In this document: positions 31,233 to 41,369 of the stretch, piece after piece
How positions within the stretch are numbered: the stretch's first letter is position 1
Layout: every line of letters begins with the position of its first letter
Notes under the pieces: generated by a model
The model's input: the letters and a program-made list of their open reading frames with translations, nothing else
What the model was told of the DNA's origin: nothing
The model's database searches: none
Program-made: the position numbers and the translations under genes
Assembly (NCBI GenBank): GCA_963762145.1
Contig: CAVXJS010000009.1
Span: forward strand, 448,001 to 512,000
Direction of reading: 5' to 3'
DNA length: 64,000 nucleotides
Source: an uncultured Candidatus Rokubacteria bacterium
GTDB lineage: Bacteria; Methylomirabilota; Methylomirabilia; Rokubacteriales; CSP1-6

Positions 31233-32443
31233 CAGCAGCACCCTCCCCGGATGGGGCCGCCCGCGGGCAATGCCCGATCCGGCTCCCAGCCCCACGAGCG
31301 GGGACCCCAGTCGGGCGTGAACACGCGCCCCTTCTTGACGGTGACGAAGGGGACCACCGCGCGGTCCACCCGCAGCCCGGCGCCCAGAACATCGTAGACC
31401 ATCCAGTCGCCGGGACGGATGTCGAGGACCGAGATGTCGGCCTGCCGGCCCACCGCGAGGCTGCCGAGACGGTCATCCACGCCCGCCGCCTTCGCGGGAT
31501 TGGCGGTGCACATCGTCACCACCTGCGGCAGCGTGAAGCCCAGGCCGAGGAAGCGCGTCATCATCTCGGCCATGCTGTGCACGGTCATCACGCGACCGGG
31601 CACCGTGAGATCGGTGCTGATGCAGTGGGGGAGCACGCCCTGCTCGATCACGCGCCGGCCCACGTCGAAGCTGAAGTTCATGCGCCCGTGCGCGGTGTCG
31701 AACCACACGCCGCGGTCGGCCGCCTCTCGGACCTCGGGCACCAGCTTGCCGTTGCCGTCGAGGACCCCGCCCGGATTGGCGGTGAAGTAGTGGGTGAGGA
31801 TGTCGCCCTTCTCGAGAATCGGCAGCAGCGAGCGAATCACCTTGGGGTCGTAGCGCTTCTCGGTGTCGCCGATGTGCACCATGAGCTTGACGCCGCTCTC
31901 CTTGGCCGCCCGCTTGGCCAGCTTCGGCATCTCCATGCCCATGATCTCGAGCGCGGGCGAGACCATGCGCGCCTTGATCCCGCGGATCAGGGACTTGTGC
32001 TGATCCACCACCTTCAAGGTGTCGTCGAGGTTGATGCTGCTCTCCGCGATGATGTCGGGCATCGTGGCCAGACCGGTCTGGCAGATGTGGAGGAACGGAA
32101 TCACCTCGGTGTGGCAGTGGGGCAGGATGTGGCGGGGAAACCCCGCGAAGGTGGCCGCCCCCGCGCTGCCCGCGTCCACGATCGTGGTCACGCCCGAGTA
32201 GACGCCGCCCAGGTCCGGGTTCACCCCGGTGCGGCTGATCCCCTCGAAGACGTGGGCGTGCAGGTCGATCAGGCCCGGCACCACGGTGCGCCCCCGGACG
32301 TCGATGGTGCGCGCGGCCTCGGTCTCCGCGATGTCGGGGGCGATGCGCGCGATGGCGCCCCCCTGCACCGCCACGTCCTGCTTGCCGTCGAGCTTCGTGG
32401 AAGGATCGAGCACGGTGCCGCCCTTGAGCAGGAGGTCGTACAT
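31232..32443 (-). CDS. Amidohydrolase/deacetylase (dihydroorotase-like metallohydrolase)
   Basis: PGLIDLHAH, GVTTIVDAGS, GIKAR, MVHIG, GDILTH, ISTD, T.NPA. Confidence 0.9.
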   Translation of the reverse strand: MYDLLLKGGTVLDPSTKLDGKQDVAVQGGAIARIAPDIAETEAARTIDVRGRTVVPGLIDLHAHVFEGISRTGVNPDLGGVYSGVTTIVDAGSAGAATFAGFPRHILPHCHTEVIPFLHICQTGLATMPDIIAESSINLDDTLKVVDQHKSLIRGIKARMVSPALEIMGMEMPKLAKRAAKESGVKLMVHIGDTEKRYDPKVIRSLLPILEKGDILTHYFTANPGGVLDGNGKLVPEVREAADRGVWFDTAHGRMNFSFDVGRRVIEQGVLPHCISTDLTVPGRVMTVHSMAEMMTRFLGLGFTLPQVVTMCTANPAKAAGVDDRLGSLAVGRQADISVLDIRPGDWMVYDVLGAGLRVDRAVVPFVTVKKGRVFTPDWGPRSWGWEPDRALPAGGPIRGGCC

Positions 32444-32457
32444 GAGGTCTCCGATCG

Positions 32458-34413
32458 TCAGCGAGTGAAGTGGTCCCAGAAGCGCGCGCCCGCGGCGACC
32501 GAGAGCGGCACGTCGTCCGCCAGCATGTAGCCCTCGCGCGCCAGCGCCTCCGCGGCCTGCCGCACGCGGTCGAGATACTGCTCGCGGGACGCATAGCGCT
32601 CCGCCACGGACAGGCGAGGGTCGCCGGTCGCCTCCCGCTCGGCGCGATCTCGCGCCAGGGGCAGCACGGCTCCCGCGAAGACCAGGAGCTGCTCGGCGCC
32701 GCCGATGTCGGGATGCCGCAGGTTCCAGCCGGTGTGCGCGGCCAGTGGCACCGCGATCTCCGGCAGGATGATGCCACCGAGCTCGTTCCCGTCACCGTCC
32801 ACCGCGGAGACGAGCGAGCCGAAGGGCTTGCCGGGGGTGGGCGGCAGCGCGCTCCAGTCGAGGCGGCGCGGCCGCGGGTTGTGGCGCGGGTAGCGGGCGG
32901 CCGGGATCCGCGAGAAGGCGGCCGCGAGGCGGTCGGGCGGCACCGCGGTGCCGTCCGCCAGGCGCGGGTGACGGCTCGGCGGCGGCTCGATCCCGTCCAC
33001 CACCCAGCGGTCGAGGCTCACCAGGCAGGCGCGCAGCAGCACCGAGTAGTCGGCCACGCCGCGGAGGTTCTGCGAGCGCTCGACCGGCGCGGTCGGGTCG
33101 GCGGGCGCCGGCTGCGAGTCCGTGGGCGGCCAGATGCCGAGACCGTGCTCCGTCCCCGCGAAGTGATAGACGCGGGTGTGGGGCCCGGACGGGACGTCGC
33201 GCGTCCCGTCGGGATCGGTGTGGATCAGCGAGGCGTCGCCCCGGTGATACTCGGCCGAGCTGTTCGTGTAGTAGGCGCGCAGCCGGCTGCCGCGCGCGTC
33301 GAGGCGGGCGTGCAGCGCGTCCTTCGCGCCCGTCTCGGGCTCCGCCTGGGGCTGATCCGTGAACGGGAAGAGATGCGCCATCATGTTGTTGCGGTCCTTG
33401 GAGTGCTGGCCGAACCGCTGGTTGAACTCGCCGCGCATGCCGCCCGCCACGTTGGCGATGACGCCGTCGAGCGCCTCCCGCCCCTGCTCGTCCAGGTTGA
33501 GGTCCTCGTGGATCAGCGTGCGGAGCAGGCGTCCGGTCTGCGAGCGCCCGTAGCCGTAGGCCCAGCGGAGGCGCCCCGGCGCGGGATTGCCCGCCTCGGC
33601 GCCGCCGTGCTTGAGCCAGGCGACGCTGTCGCGCAGCGCAGCCATGGCGAGCCCCTGCACCGGCGCGCCCTCCGCGGTGTAGGTGATCTGGTAGAGCCGC
33701 CCCTTCTCGAAGCCGCCGTCGAGATGGATGTGGCCGGCGTCGGGCACCGCGCGGCCGCCCTCCGCCCGCGCGAAGCGCCAGCGCTCGCGCGGGATCACCG
33801 CGGGCGGCCCGTCGGGCTGGTCGCGCACGGTGAGGAGCGCGTCCCGCTCCTCGAGGTCCGCGGCGGGATAGGGCACGTGGCCGCGGTCGGACAGCAGGAA
33901 GTCGGCCACCGGCCCGGTGGACTGCACCTGGGTGTAGATGCGGCCGCGCAGCGGCCGGCCCTGCGCGTCGCGCGCCTCCGGCGTGCGCATGCCGATGAGC
34001 CCCGGCACGCGCGGCAGGTCGCCCTGCCAGCCGCAGGAGATCACCACCCAGCCGCGCTTCATCAGGAAGCCGTCGCCCACGTCCACGGGCGGATTCGGAT
34101 CCGATCCCGGGCCGAAGACGGGCCGGGTGGCGCGGTTGAAGTTCGGCACCGCCACCGTGTTGCCGCGGTTGACCACGTCGAGGAGCACGCGCCCGCTGCA
34201 CTGCCCCCGATCCACCGGCAGCAGGATGGACACGTCCGAGTCCCACGTCACGCGTCCCTGCGCGTCGCGAGGGGCCAGCTCCACGTCGGTGATGCGGCGA
34301 TTGGCCGCGTGGAGCGGATCGATCGCGAAGTGCAGGCGTCCCTTCAGCTCTTCGTAGCCGGGGAAGCCGTTGAGCGGACGCCGCAGCGTGATCTCGAATC
34401 GCGTGACGGGCAT
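32458..34413 (-). CDS. Alpha/beta hydrolase domain-containing protein
   Basis: DVVNRGN, CGWQGD, nucleophile GRSQTGR, SAEY, GTEH, DGDGNELGGI, ERYASRE.Y. Confidence 0.85.
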   Translation of the reverse strand: MPVTRFEITLRRPLNGFPGYEELKGRLHFAIDPLHAANRRITDVELAPRDAQGRVTWDSDVSILLPVDRGQCSGRVLLDVVNRGNTVAVPNFNRATRPVFGPGSDPNPPVDVGDGFLMKRGWVVISCGWQGDLPRVPGLIGMRTPEARDAQGRPLRGRIYTQVQSTGPVADFLLSDRGHVPYPAADLEERDALLTVRDQPDGPPAVIPRERWRFARAEGGRAVPDAGHIHLDGGFEKGRLYQITYTAEGAPVQGLAMAALRDSVAWLKHGGAEAGNPAPGRLRWAYGYGRSQTGRLLRTLIHEDLNLDEQGREALDGVIANVAGGMRGEFNQRFGQHSKDRNNMMAHLFPFTDQPQAEPETGAKDALHARLDARGSRLRAYYTNSSAEYHRGDASLIHTDPDGTRDVPSGPHTRVYHFAGTEHGLGIWPPTDSQPAPADPTAPVERSQNLRGVADYSVLLRACLVSLDRWVVDGIEPPPSRHPRLADGTAVPPDRLAAAFSRIPAARYPRHNPRPRRLDWSALPPTPGKPFGSLVSAVDGDGNELGGIILPEIAVPLAAHTGWNLRHPDIGGAEQLLVFAGAVLPLARDRAEREATGDPRLSVAERYASREQYLDRVRQAAEALAREGYMLADDVPLSVAAGARFWDHFTR

Positions 34414-34434
34414 GGGATGACCTCGCGGAGCGGG

Positions 34435-36253
34435 CTAGAGGCCGAGCGCGCCGAGGCGCTCCGCGCGTCGGCACCCCGTCGCGGTCCCAGCCGCGCAGGG
34501 CGTAGTAACGATCGAGCATGCGGCCCAGCTCCTCGGGCGGGCAGTAGGCGCCCGCGGAGGGACCCTCGGGAATGGGCTCGTGCATCACGCGCCACGGCAG
34601 CGCGTCGTCCTTCCGGCGCACGCCCTCACGCACGTTGAAGAGCCGCTCCAGGTTGATCACGCGCTCCCCCACCCGCTCGAGCTCGTCCACCGTGACGTCG
34701 AAGCCGGTGACCGCGCTGACCATCCGGGCGTACGGCTCCTCGATGTAGACGCCGAAGCCGCGCTCCGAGGTGAATCGGCAGAGGACGAGGGAGTCGTCCA
34801 GCGCGGTGAAGTGCTGGCTGCGCACCGCGAACTCCGGCTTGCCCTCCGGGCTGCGCCGATCGTAGTTCTGCGCGTACTGGGGCGTGGGGCGCGTGTCGTG
34901 GTGGCTGCCCCCGCGGGTGGCGGTGGCGTAGCCGATGGACATCCCCTTGAGCGCCCGCGCCGAGTGGGCGGGCAGCTCGAGGCGCTTGACCGCGTAGACG
35001 AGGCGGGTGCCCTCGGCGTGCACGGACTCGGCGAGGCGCCAGCCGCCCTCGGCGAGCCGGTCGCCGAAGCCCTCCCGCGCCGCGGTCATCTCGATGAGCT
35101 TCAGCATGCCGCGCCAGTCGCCCCAGCCGAAGGGCAGGCCCACCTCCGACTCGCGGAGCCAGCCCCGCTCGAGCGCCTCGCACACGAAGGCCAGCGTGAC
35201 GCCCATGCTGATCGTGTCGAGCCCGAGCAGATCGCAGAGATCGTTGGCCCGCGCGAGCGAGGCCGCGTGGCTGTTGCCGAGCATGGAGCCGAACGCGAAG
35301 ATCGTCTCGTACTCCGGCATCTTCGCCTTGAGGCCGGCCAGCTCGCCCTCGCGGATCTCATACTGCTTCCCGCAGGCCACCGGGCACTTGAGACACGTGG
35401 TGTCCTTGTCGTGGAAGTGCGCGTGCATCTCCTCGCCCGAGATCGCCACCGCGTCCGCGAAGACTTCCCCGCGCAGGTTGTAGGAGCCGAGCGCGCCGAG
35501 GGTGTTGATCGGCTTCACCAGGAACGGCGTCCCGTAGGTCGAGAGCGCCTTGGTGCCGGTCTTGAGCGGCTCGCGCTGCTGCTCGAGCAGCGCCTTCAGC
35601 GCGGGGGGGTCGGCCACCTCGGTCTTGCGCGAGCCCGCGACGACCACCGCCTTGACCCGCTTGCTGCCGAGCACCGCGGCGAGCCCGCCGCGGCCCGCGA
35701 AGGCCTCGCGATTCTTCCAGTAGGTCCCCATCGCCGCGAAGCGCACGAGGTTCTCGCCGCCGGGCCCGATGGCCATCGCGTCCACGTCGCCGCCCTCGGC
35801 CGCGTGGATGGCGGCCACCGTGTCGCGCGTGGTCCGGCCCCAGAGCCCCCGCGCCGGCCTGAGCTCGGCGCCCGCCTCGGTGATCTTGACGTACACCGGC
35901 TCCGCGGCGCGGCCGGTGATCACGATGGCGTCGAAGCCGGTGCGCTTCATGGTGGCGGGCCAGCGGCCCCCGAACGTCGAGTCGAAGAAGAGACCGGTGA
36001 GCGGCGACTTCCCGGCCACGCAGGCGCGGCTGTTGCCGGGCACCGTGGTGTCGGTGATCGGGCCCACCGCGAAGACCACCGCGCTGGCGGGATCGTAGGC
36101 GTCCACGCCCGCCGGCACGTGATCGAGCATGATGCGGGCCGCGAAGCCGTTGCCGCCCAGCAGGCTCCGCGCCATCTCCGGGGAGACGGACTCGACGCGG
36201 CTCCGGCCGTCGGTGACGTCCACGAACAGGATCCGGCCGCCGTAGCCTCGCAT
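34435..36253 (-). CDS. Aldehyde:ferredoxin oxidoreductase (W/Mo-pterin AOR family), frameshift near the 3' end
   Basis: KSPLTG, IGPGGEN, AGRGGLAAVLGSK, CLKCPVAC, PEYET, DLLGLDTIS, DSLVLCRF, YY..RGWD. Confidence 0.93.
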
Positions 36254-36297
36254 GGGCGCCCATTTTAGAGAGATTGAGAGGCGGTTACAATGACCGG

Positions 36298-36834
36298 GTG
36301 GACGATCTGCTCGCCGCCGCGCTGGGCCAGATGACCGTGCTCGACGAGGCCGGCACCGGGACCTCGCTGGGCTCCTTCTGGGTCAAGCGGCCGATCGTAC
36401 TCGCCTTCGTCCGTCATCTGGGCTGCATCTTCTGCCGCCAGCAGGTCGCCGGGCTCTCGAAGCGGGTGCCGGAGATCGAGCGGCGCGGCGGCCTGCTCGT
36501 GGTGGTGGCGCCCTCCAGGACCGAGCACATCGCGGGCTTCCGCCAGAGCACCGGCTACAAGGGCGCGCTCTTCGTGGATCCCACCCTGCGCGCATTCAGG
36601 GCCGCGGGCCTCGTGCGCGGGCGGGCCAGCACCTATCACCCGCTCGCGATGCTCCGCGGCATCGGCGCGATGGTGCGGGGCTTCCGCCAGGTCGGCCGGC
36701 ACGGCGATATCGTGCAGCAGGGCGGCACCTTCGTGCTGGGACCGGGAAACCGGGTGCGATACGAATGGCGCGACCGCTACGCGGGGCACCACCCGGACCT
36801 CGACGAGGTCGTGAAGGCGCTCCCCTCACCCTAG
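36298..36834 (+). CDS. Peroxiredoxin-like AhpC/TSA family protein
   Basis: FVRHLGCIFCR (CxxC), DP, QQGGTFVLGPG; TACAAT -10 box 6 nt upstream. Confidence 0.85.
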   Translation: MDDLLAAALGQMTVLDEAGTGTSLGSFWVKRPIVLAFVRHLGCIFCRQQVAGLSKRVPEIERRGGLLVVVAPSRTEHIAGFRQSTGYKGALFVDPTLRAFRAAGLVRGRASTYHPLAMLRGIGAMVRGFRQVGRHGDIVQQGGTFVLGPGNRVRYEWRDRYAGHHPDLDEVVKALPSP

Positions 36835-36901
36835 CCCTCTCCCCAGAGGGGAGAGGGGACCACGAGAACCCTCTCCCTTGAGGGAGAGGGCAGGGTGAGG
36901 G
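36822..36901. repeat. Inverted pair of CCCTCACCC-type REP-like elements between convergent genes
   Basis: CCCTCACCCTAGCCCTCTCCCCAGAGGGGAGAGGG ... CCCTCTCCCTTGAGGGAGAGGGCAGGGTGAGGG. Confidence 0.85.
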
Positions 36902-36905
36902 TGGT

Positions 36906-39899
36906 CTAGCTGGCGCCCAGGCCGCGCAGCCCGCGGCGCGCCGCTTCCGCCAGGTCGGGCTCGACCCCGTTGATCGCGAGCAGCTTGCGGTACACGATCA
37001 CCGCCGCGGCGTTCTGCTTGAGCGTGGCGAAGGCCTGACCGGCGCCGACCAGCGCGCGGCGGGCCCACGCCGAATCGGCGTTGAGATAGGCCGCGGTCAT
37101 GTACATGTCGGCGGCCTCCTGGGCCTTGCCCGCGGTGCGATATCCCTCGCCGAGCCGGTAGGCGGCCTCCGCGGCCACCGCGCCGTCGCCGGCGTCGAGG
37201 GCCTCCTCGAGCCGGCCGCGACCCTCGTCCCACTTGCCGTCGGCCACCAGCAGCCGCCCCTGCCCCAGCAGGCCGAACGCCTTCTCCTTCGGGCTCCCCG
37301 CCGCGGCGGCCGCGCGCGTGTAGGTGTCGAGGGCCGCGGCGCGATCACCGGTGGCCTCCTGGGCCTCCGCCATCAGCATGGTGCCGCGCGGGGTCGGGGC
37401 CGGCGCGGCCGCGCCTCCCGCGGCGGGCTCGAGCGCGCGGCGCGCCTCCGCGGCGGCGCCGGTGCGCAGCAGGGCCTCCGCGTAGCCGAGCCGGTTGGCG
37501 CCGGTGGTGGCGCTGCCCGGGAAGCGCTCGCCGAGCTTGGCGTACATCTCGCGCGAGAGCGTCCACTGCTCCCCCTGGCTCGCCGCCGTCGCGAGCGTGG
37601 TCAGCGCGACCTGGGTGCCCTCGTAGCGCGGGAACTGGTCGGCGAGCCGCAGGGTGAGCGTCTTCGCTTCGGGCCAGCGCTTCTCCTCCGCCGCCACCGC
37701 GGCCAGCCCGTGGAGGAGGCGCGGCGTGGTGATCGGGTCCACCGCGCCCGCGACGATCGGCGTCGCGGCTTGCTTGAACTCGTCGAGCCGGCGCTGGTTG
37801 AACAGCACCGCGGCGAGGCCGTAGCTCGCGGCGGCCGACACCGGCCCGGTGGTCGCGTCGCGCGCCTGCACGTAGTCCCGCACCGCCGCGTCCCACTGCT
37901 GGCGCGCGAAGTCCGCGTTCCCCATCCCGAGGTAGGCGACCCCGGTCTCGCCGAGGCCCTGCGCGGCCTGGAAGTCGCGCTCCGCCTCCGCGGGCTTGCC
38001 GGTGGCCAGGAGCGCCGCGCCGCGCGTGACGCGCGCCCGCCCCACGTAGGGCGAGACCGGCCCGCGGGCCACGATGCGGCCCAGCTCGGGCAGCGCGTCG
38101 GCGGCGCGACCGCCGCGCACCGCGAGGATCGCGCGGTTCAGCACCGCCACCTCCGTGTACGGGCTATTCGGGTAGCGATCCACCACCTGATCGAGCAGGG
38201 TCTGCGCCCCCGCGAAATCTCCCGCGCGCCCGGCCAGCTCCGCCGCGAGCACGAGGGCCTCGGGCGCGCGCGGGTCGCTCTGCGCCTCCTGCGCGTAGCG
38301 CGTCCAGCGCTGGCGCGCCGCGTCGGGCTTGCCGCTCTGCACCTCGGCCCAGCCCAGCGCGAGGCTCGCCGCCGGCGCCTGCGGATAGCTGGGATACCCC
38401 GACAGGAACCCGCTGTAGGACGTGACGGCCTGGCCGTAGTCCCGCGCCCAGTAGGCGGCCTCGCCGCCCAGCACGAGGGCGGCGGCCCGGATCTCGGCGG
38501 GCGCCGCGGTGTCGGCGACGAGCTTGCGTGCCCCGTCGCGCGCCTTGGCGAACTCGCGCGTGTCGAAATCGATCTGGGCGAGCCGCAGCGCGGTGTAGGC
38601 GGCCAGCGCGGGCGAGCCGGGCGTGGCGCGGACGAGCTCGAACCGATCCCGCGCCTCGGCGACCTGTCCGCTCGCCCGGCTCGCCTCCGCGCTCAGCATC
38701 AGCACGTAGGAGCGCGTGGCGGGATCGAGCGTGCGCGCGAGCAGCTCGTCGTTGATCTCGCGCGCCTCGTCGAAGCGCCCCTTCTCGGTGGCCCAGCGGC
38801 TGATCAGGAGGCGCACCGGCACCACGAGCGGGCTGTTCCGGTCCATCGCCTCGAGCTTCTTGGCCTCCTCGCGGGCGGCCGGATAGTCATCGAGGTCGAG
38901 CAGGGCCTGCACGAGCCCGGCCCGGGCCCAGACCGCCTCGCGCGATTTCGGATAGGCCGAGAGCAGGCCGCGATAGGCCTTCGCGGCCTCGAGCGGCTGG
39001 CCGGCGGCCCGGCTCCACCAGCCCAGACGCAGGAGCCCGTTGTCGATCAGCACCTGCGGTCCGCCGGAGACGAACGTCTGCAGGCGCTGGACCGCGCCCG
39101 CGTGATCCCCGAGGCGGCCGAGCGTGTCCCCGAGCCAGAACGTGCCTTCCCACGCCACCGCGCGCGGGGCGCTCTGATTGAGCAGGCCGACCCAGGTGTC
39201 GCGCGCCTCCGGGTAGCGCTTGAGCCCGTACAGCGCGAGCCCGCGGCCGTGGCGCGCGTAAGGGATGATGGCGGGCGGCGCGCCGGATTTGAGCAGGGCA
39301 TCGAAGGAGTTGAGCGCGCGGTCCGGCTTGCTCAGCTCGAGCGAGATCCAGCCGAGCTGGTGCGCGGCGTAGAGACCGAGCTCGCCGCGCGGATCGTCCT
39401 GCTGCACCTGCAGCATCAGACGCTCCGCCTCGGCCGGCTTGTTGAGCCGGACCAGCGTCTCGCCGAGCCAGTAGCGCGCCTCGCGGATCTGCGCGCGCTC
39501 TCTGGTCGACTGCACGGCCTTCTCGAGCGCGACGCGGGCTTCCTCCAGCTCGTTGCGCTGATAGCGGGCGCGCCCGCACTCGATCAGCTCGGAGGCCACG
39601 CCGAGCAGGCTGCCCACCGGGTTGCAGGCCAGGAAGCGTGGCGGGGCCAGCGGGGCCACCGGGCGCTCGCCGAGGTGACCCACCATCGGGGCGGGCGGCA
39701 GCTCGGGCATCCCCTGCGGCGCGGGCGGCAGCGGCACTGCGGGCAGCGGGACCGGCGGCTTGTCGAGCGCGGGAACCGCCAGCGGCACCAGCGCCGCGAC
39801 GTCGGGTGCCGGCAGCGTCAGGGTGATCTCGGCGTGCGCGGGGGCGCCGCCCAGCCCGGCCAGTAGCGCAGCCACCAGGAGTACGCGCGACCTGATCAC
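36906..39899 (-). CDS. Large secreted TPR repeat protein (~997 aa)
   Basis: Signal peptide, Pro-rich linker, many TPR units (EARYWLGETL, YP.S); GTG start overlaps the upstream TGA. Confidence 0.85.
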   Translation of the reverse strand: MIRSRVLLVAALLAGLGGAPAHAEITLTLPAPDVAALVPLAVPALDKPPVPLPAVPLPPAPQGMPELPPAPMVGHLGERPVAPLAPPRFLACNPVGSLLGVASELIECGRARYQRNELEEARVALEKAVQSTRERAQIREARYWLGETLVRLNKPAEAERLMLQVQQDDPRGELGLYAAHQLGWISLELSKPDRALNSFDALLKSGAPPAIIPYARHGRGLALYGLKRYPEARDTWVGLLNQSAPRAVAWEGTFWLGDTLGRLGDHAGAVQRLQTFVSGGPQVLIDNGLLRLGWWSRAAGQPLEAAKAYRGLLSAYPKSREAVWARAGLVQALLDLDDYPAAREEAKKLEAMDRNSPLVVPVRLLISRWATEKGRFDEAREINDELLARTLDPATRSYVLMLSAEASRASGQVAEARDRFELVRATPGSPALAAYTALRLAQIDFDTREFAKARDGARKLVADTAAPAEIRAAALVLGGEAAYWARDYGQAVTSYSGFLSGYPSYPQAPAASLALGWAEVQSGKPDAARQRWTRYAQEAQSDPRAPEALVLAAELAGRAGDFAGAQTLLDQVVDRYPNSPYTEVAVLNRAILAVRGGRAADALPELGRIVARGPVSPYVGRARVTRGAALLATGKPAEAERDFQAAQGLGETGVAYLGMGNADFARQQWDAAVRDYVQARDATTGPVSAAASYGLAAVLFNQRRLDEFKQAATPIVAGAVDPITTPRLLHGLAAVAAEEKRWPEAKTLTLRLADQFPRYEGTQVALTTLATAASQGEQWTLSREMYAKLGERFPGSATTGANRLGYAEALLRTGAAAEARRALEPAAGGAAAPAPTPRGTMLMAEAQEATGDRAAALDTYTRAAAAAGSPKEKAFGLLGQGRLLVADGKWDEGRGRLEEALDAGDGAVAAEAAYRLGEGYRTAGKAQEAADMYMTAAYLNADSAWARRALVGAGQAFATLKQNAAAVIVYRKLLAINGVEPDLAEAARRGLRGLGAS

Positions 39900-41323
39900 T
39901 TGGTGCCTCCGGGCGCCTTCTTGGGGGTCGCCGGCTCGGGGGCCGCCTTCTTGGGCGCGGCCTTCTCCGCCGGCGCGGGCTCGGCCCGGGCCGCCGCGTT
40001 GACCGCGGCGAGCCGCTCCTTCGCCCAGGACGCGAGCGTCTTGTCCGGGCTCTTGGCCGCCACCTCCTCGTAGAGCTTCGCGGCCGCCCCGTACTGCTTC
40101 TGCTCCTCGTGCGCCAGGCCGGTGCCGGCCAGCGCGCGGAAGCGCATGGCGGGGTCGAGGGCGGGCGCCTCCGCGGCCGACTTGAAGGCGGTGATCGCGG
40201 CGGCGTGGCGGCGCTGCTTGAGCTCGCTCTCGCCCAGCAGCACGAAGGCCTCGCCGCGCACCGCGTCCTCCGGGCTGCGGGAGGCCGCGCGCGCCAGGGT
40301 GGAGGCGTCCTTGTAGCTGTTCTTGGCGAAGGCGGACTGGGCCATCTCGAGCGAGACGCGGCCGCTCAGCGGGTGATCGGGGAAGTCCTTGCGCAGCTTG
40401 GCCCACGCGGCGTCGGCGTCGCGCGGCCGCCCGATCTTGCTCGCCACGACGCCCGCGTCGTAGAGGCTCTCGGCGCTGGCGGGCTGCGACGCGAGGACCT
40501 TGTACTCCTCGGCCAGCTCGTCCTTCTTGCCCTGGCGCACGAGCGTGTCCACGATGTTCCGGCGCGCGCCGGCCGTCAGGTCGTTATTCGGATAGGCCTT
40601 GGCGAACGCACGCAGCTCGGCCACCCCCTCGTCGGTCTGCCCGCTCGCGATCAGGGCCTGGCCCAGCGTGTAGCGCGCGTCGGGCAGCAGCCGGTGATCG
40701 GTGTACTTGGCCACGAAGCCGCGGAGGAGCCCCACCGCCTCCTCCGCCCGCTTGAGCTCGAGGAGGGTGCGGGCCAGATAGAAGGTCGCGGACGAGACGT
40801 TGGCGTGCTCGGGATAGCTCGAGAGGATGCGCCGGAACTCGGTGACGGCCTGCTCGCGCCGCTTGAGCTCGAGATTCACCCAGGCGAGCCCGTAGACGGC
40901 GTCGGGGGCGCTGGGCGAGCTCGGGCTGTCGGCGAGGATCTTGTCGTAGATGGCCCGCGCCTCCGGGAAGCGCTTCATGCGGAACAGCGTCTCCCCCTCC
41001 CAGAAGCGGGCCTCTTCGGGCCGGCCGGGCGGAGGCGAGAAGGTCTGGGCCTTCCGGAATGCCTGCAGTGCCGCCTCGTGCTGCCCCTGGGAGAGGCGCA
41101 CCTTGCCGAGCAGAAGTGTGGCGTCGGGGATGCGCCCGTCAGTCGGGTAGCGCTCGACCAGACGCTCGAGCATGCGGCTCGACACCCCGTAGAGGCCGTC
41201 CTGGAAGGCCCGGTCGCCGACGGTCCACAGCCGCTCCGGCTCTCCGACCGCAAGCGCGAGCGACGGCCAGGCCACCAGCACGCCGAGCGCCGAGATAAAG
41301 ACGCGTAGCGCCGTGGGTTTCAT
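39896..41323 (-). CDS. Secreted TPR repeat protein (BamD/CpoB-like repeats)
   Basis: Signal peptide; repeated YP...APDA.Y.L TPR units; Lys/Ala/Pro-rich tail. Confidence 0.87.
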   Translation of the reverse strand: MKPTALRVFISALGVLVAWPSLALAVGEPERLWTVGDRAFQDGLYGVSSRMLERLVERYPTDGRIPDATLLLGKVRLSQGQHEAALQAFRKAQTFSPPPGRPEEARFWEGETLFRMKRFPEARAIYDKILADSPSSPSAPDAVYGLAWVNLELKRREQAVTEFRRILSSYPEHANVSSATFYLARTLLELKRAEEAVGLLRGFVAKYTDHRLLPDARYTLGQALIASGQTDEGVAELRAFAKAYPNNDLTAGARRNIVDTLVRQGKKDELAEEYKVLASQPASAESLYDAGVVASKIGRPRDADAAWAKLRKDFPDHPLSGRVSLEMAQSAFAKNSYKDASTLARAASRSPEDAVRGEAFVLLGESELKQRRHAAAITAFKSAAEAPALDPAMRFRALAGTGLAHEEQKQYGAAAKLYEEVAAKSPDKTLASWAKERLAAVNAAARAEPAPAEKAAPKKAAPEPATPKKAPGGTK

Positions 41324-41369
41324 GGCAATGAACCCACGCTACCACGAAACCCAAGCCCCTACCGCATCC

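Noticed and set aside
32792-36253. 1153-aa extended AOR
   Set aside because: A frameshift near 34470 hides the normal stop at 34435.
36298-36834. Selenoprotein (SelL-like) redoxin
   Set aside because: Both CxxC codons are TGC; there is no in-frame TGA.
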